Shown piece after piece: positions 26,870 through 29,633 of a DNA stretch of 29,633 bases. The notes beneath the pieces were generated by a model. It made no database searches. It was given only the letters and a program-made list of their open reading frames with translations, and had not been told where the DNA came from. Position 1 is the first letter of the stretch; each line of letters opens with the position of its first letter. Position numbers and translations under genes: made by a program. This DNA comes from an uncultured virus (IMG/VR IMGVR_UViG_3300033074_000309) (taxonomy: Duplodnaviria > Heunggongvirae > Uroviricota > Caudoviricetes): the IMG/VR virus record IMGVR_UViG_3300033074_000309; one strand, 5' to 3'.

Positions 26870-27655
26870 TTATAAATTTTTAATTATATTTAAAAAATCA
26901 TTTCCCATAGCTATTTGACCAGCTCCATTAAAATGCACATTATCTGCATTTAATCCATAAGTATTTGTATCAGTTATAATATAAGTATTAACATCGTAAA
27001 ACGATATATTTGAACTTTGATTAGAATTATCTAACTGAGCTTGTCTTACTGTATTAGTATATGTTCTAGGTGGAACGAAATTACTATGTGTTTGTGCTAT
27101 AATAAAAGGAAGATTTGGTAAGCTATATTGTGTTCTAATATAAGCACGCATATCTTTAAAGTTTTGAGCGTACGAGTTAGCATCTGCTAAAACATCACAG
27201 TCACTTTCTCCTTGACACCACAAAACACCCTTTATCGTATAATCAATACCTTTATTTGTAAGATTTGTTATTAACTGTGTAATGTTTGCATTCATTGAAT
27301 CTAATAACCTTTGGTTTAAAGGTTTTACGCTTCCATTTGCTGCTAAACTTTGTATGTTCCAATCTGCCGCTGCTGCTTGGTAATTCATATAAGAGCCGCT
27401 AACCGCAGAGTTTGAACTTAATATAGATTTTCTTTTGTAGTTTGCTAAGTCTTTAAACAAAGTGTATTGACATCCCCAAACTCCACTTGAATAAACTAAA
27501 CTAATAATCTCAACACCAGAAGAAACTATATTACCATATTGAATACCTGTATAAGCACTAGGAAACTCTGCTTGTGGAGCTTGTCCAACCATGTTAGATT
27601 GACCAATACATATCCACAAGTCAATTTTGTTATTTTTTAATCCAAATAAACTCAT
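26870..27655 (-). CDS. SGNH-family carbohydrate O-acetylesterase (SASA / sialate O-acetylesterase-like), 261 aa
   Basis: All three family blocks are present: GQSNM (nucleophile Ser), GVLWCQGESD and DNVHF (DxxH). Confidence 0.88.
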   Translation of the reverse strand: MSLFGLKNNKIDLWICIGQSNMVGQAPQAEFPSAYTGIQYGNIVSSGVEIISLVYSSGVWGCQYTLFKDLANYKRKSILSSNSAVSGSYMNYQAAAADWNIQSLAANGSVKPLNQRLLDSMNANITQLITNLTNKGIDYTIKGVLWCQGESDCDVLADANSYAQNFKDMRAYIRTQYSLPNLPFIIAQTHSNFVPPRTYTNTVRQAQLDNSNQSSNISFYDVNTYIITDTNTYGLNADNVHFNGAGQIAMGNDFLNIIKNL

Positions 27656-27656
27656 A

Positions 27657-28451
27657 TTAATTTGATGCTGTATAAAAATCGTAAATAGTTTGTCTTTCTG
27701 TAGATGTTAATACGCGATTATGTATCATTACACTTTGTATTAGCCCCTCAAAATACCCGTCAGTTGTGGTTCTGTTTCTTGCTCCTATGCCAAAATTTAT
27801 AGACGCTGGATTAAATAAAGCTGCGTTATAACCTGTTGTATTACCTCTGTTTGTGCCATTATCTACTTGTAAAACATTATCAGCATATATTTTAAGTCCT
27901 CCGATTCCATTAACAGAAGAGTCGTAAACACAAGTTATTAAAATAGGCTTTACGTTATATAATGAATAAACTCTTTGTGTGTTTGTTGTTAATGTTACAG
28001 TTGTTGTTCCATTACTTATTTTAAACTCAAATTTACCACTAGTGTCTTGCCAAATATAAAAAATAGTGGTTCCATCAACTAATCCAAAATAAGCAGATGT
28101 CCCTCCTATAGTAAATGATTGAGCTACTATATTTATAGTAAACGAAGACTGAAATAAGCTTTTAATTGAATTTGGTAATGTCAGCAATCTAGCATCAGAA
28201 ACTTTAAAATAAAGAGACTTAGTTAAACCCATGCTAAATTGTATGGGCTGCTTCGAGCCAGTTGCTTGTGTTGCGTTATTAGTACCAATCAAATCATTTA
28301 TCTGAGAAGTCTTTAAGCTACCGTCAACAGTCGTTGTACTATATGTTGAATCAATCCATAAGTTAGGGGTTGTAGCAAGTATAGAAGCAATTGGATTAAC
28401 TGTTGCTATTTTAGATAAAATAATTTTTCTATTTATATTGATATTTGGCAT
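27657..28451 (-). CDS. LamG / concanavalin A-like lectin-fold protein, 264 aa
   Basis: LWIDS...INDL.G.NNATQAT...QP start, FTINIV, ITCVYD...LKIYAD, and IGAR...YFEGLIQSVMIHNRVLTSTE end, typical of phage LamG-like jelly rolls. Confidence 0.8.
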   Translation of the reverse strand: MPNININRKIILSKIATVNPIASILATTPNLWIDSTYSTTTVDGSLKTSQINDLIGTNNATQATGSKQPIQFSMGLTKSLYFKVSDARLLTLPNSIKSLFQSSFTINIVAQSFTIGGTSAYFGLVDGTTIFYIWQDTSGKFEFKISNGTTTVTLTTNTQRVYSLYNVKPILITCVYDSSVNGIGGLKIYADNVLQVDNGTNRGNTTGYNAALFNPASINFGIGARNRTTTDGYFEGLIQSVMIHNRVLTSTERQTIYDFYTASN

Positions 28452-28454
28452 ATG

Positions 28455-29096
28455 TTAATCTTGTAAAATACCTAAACTTATAGTTAAATCCGAAGAAGTA
28501 AAAGAAGGTGTTGTTCCTCTTGCTACTAAAGCATAAAATAATTCTGTACCTGTGGATATTTTAAAAGGTATCGCTAAACTTGTATCTACATAAATTTGAC
28601 CAGCTGAACTTGCATACCACCCTATTGTAGAAATAGGTATAACAGCTTGAACAAATATCATATTACTATCTGACAAATCCCAAGCAGCATTATCTGTAGG
28701 TGCAGTAAAAGTTCTATCTAAAATCCATAATTCCATAGCAACATTTGCTGTAACTATTTTATCTGAAATAAGAATACTTTTAATAATACCTGTACCTCCT
28801 GAAACTCTTCCAGCACCTGTAAATGATTGAGGAGTAGTTGTAGTACCCATATAATCTCCTGTAAAATAAGCTCCAGCAACACTCATTACAACTGTACTGG
28901 ATACTACTGTAGTATTTCCACCAATTGCACCAATATGATTTTCTCCTGGTTTAACATATACATTTAAAGCACCACTTGTTGAAGTGATGGCTTCTGTTGA
29001 ACTATTTAATCCTACTTGTAACCAATTAGGTCCTTGTAATTTTTGAAGTATTTTTTGTAAGTAACTTTTACTTTGATCTCCACTTGATAAGCTCAT
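28455..29096 (-). CDS. Hypothetical beta-rich structural protein, 213 aa
   Basis: Clean ORF with an A-rich leader. Short helical N-terminus followed by a Gly/Thr/Ser-rich beta region. Lies in the tail-appendage region. Confidence 0.5.
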   Translation of the reverse strand: MSLSSGDQSKSYLQKILQKLQGPNWLQVGLNSSTEAITSTSGALNVYVKPGENHIGAIGGNTTVVSSTVVMSVAGAYFTGDYMGTTTTPQSFTGAGRVSGGTGIIKSILISDKIVTANVAMELWILDRTFTAPTDNAAWDLSDSNMIFVQAVIPISTIGWYASSAGQIYVDTSLAIPFKISTGTELFYALVARGTTPSFTSSDLTISLGILQD

Positions 29097-29120
29097 TTTA
29101 TTTTATTTTAAATTTTATTT

Positions 29121-29633
29121 TTATTGTATTAATTGACATTCACATATATCACAAGCATTCATTAGTTTATGAACCATTGTGTTAAATTGAGTTTCTGTTA
29201 AACAGTTTGTTACAGTACATAGACCTGCTTGATATAATGTAAAGTCTATATCTGCTATAATAGCTTCAACATCTAATCTGATTACTTGATAATTAATTGT
29301 GGTTATATCACATTCTGCTTCTATATATAAATAAACTTGTCTATCTGGTGTACCATCTGGTTCTTTTATTACTGTTAAAGATATTATTCCAGTAGCTGAT
29401 AATATTAATGCTCCTATAAGATCTCCAACTGATGTAATACCATCACCAACAATACTATATTCAGTATTATTTACAGTAATTATATATGTTCTACCAGTAT
29501 TAGATGTACTTTTTAAAACATTTAAATATTCATCATATTCTATATGTAGTACAAATTTACTATTAATAGAATCATTAGCATTATAACATCTTAATGCTTC
29601 AAACCAATCATTCATTAATTTTAATTTTTGAAC
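29121..29633 (-). CDS. Cys-rich putative tail hub/collar protein, probably 5'-truncated by the window edge
   Basis: The frame stays open upstream of ATG 29615 to the window end (VQKLKLMNDWFEALRCY). C-terminus NCLTETQF...CDICEC. Function inferred from context only. Confidence 0.45.
   Translation of the reverse strand, partial: VQKLKLMNDWFEALRCYNANDSINSKFVLHIEYDEYLNVLKSTSNTGRTYIITVNNTEYSIVGDGITSVGDLIGALILSATGIISLTVIKEPDGTPDRQVYLYIEAECDITTINYQVIRLDVEAIIADIDFTLYQAGLCTVTNCLTETQFNTMVHKLMNACDICECQLIQ

Noticed and set aside
1..29633. CRISPR array, tRNA or DGR template/variable repeats
   Set aside because: Intergenic gaps are all under 100 bp and I saw no long direct repeats, cloverleafs or reverse transcriptase by eye. 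A self dot-plot would be needed to exclude diverged repeats.

Overview
AT-rich phage DNA with every credible gene on the minus strand. Gene content and order match the late/structural module of a crAss-like phage (Crassvirales) infecting Bacteroidota. In transcription order (right to left): partial tail-hub-like gene, small beta-rich tail protein, LamG lectin, SGNH/SASA O-acetylesterase, lysis cassette (two small TM proteins, DUF5675-like endolysin, spanin-like protein), ring protein, IHF-like protein, free-standing GIY-YIG/NUMOD homing endonuclease, ring/tail-tube protein, muzzle protein, two cargo proteins, a 3597-aa virion RNA polymerase polyprotein (DFDFD active site, HExxH zincin), and a large cargo ORF missed by the ORF track (2213 to beyond the left edge). 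Most notable: (1) a bipartite promoter-like motif AAATTTGCAT-N16-TTATATTAATATA present twice, which keeps the Bacteroidota -33 box but replaces the -7 box; (2) a canonical Bacteroidota promoter running directly into a terminator-like hairpin ahead of the vRNAP operon; (3) modular cargo proteins with apparent junction motifs ([FY]xxGG repeats, KKADIERRR...INAKYDAEL flanks, FYQ/YFQ); (4) a lectin plus O-acetylesterase pair. All family calls come from motif recognition by eye and no database search was run.
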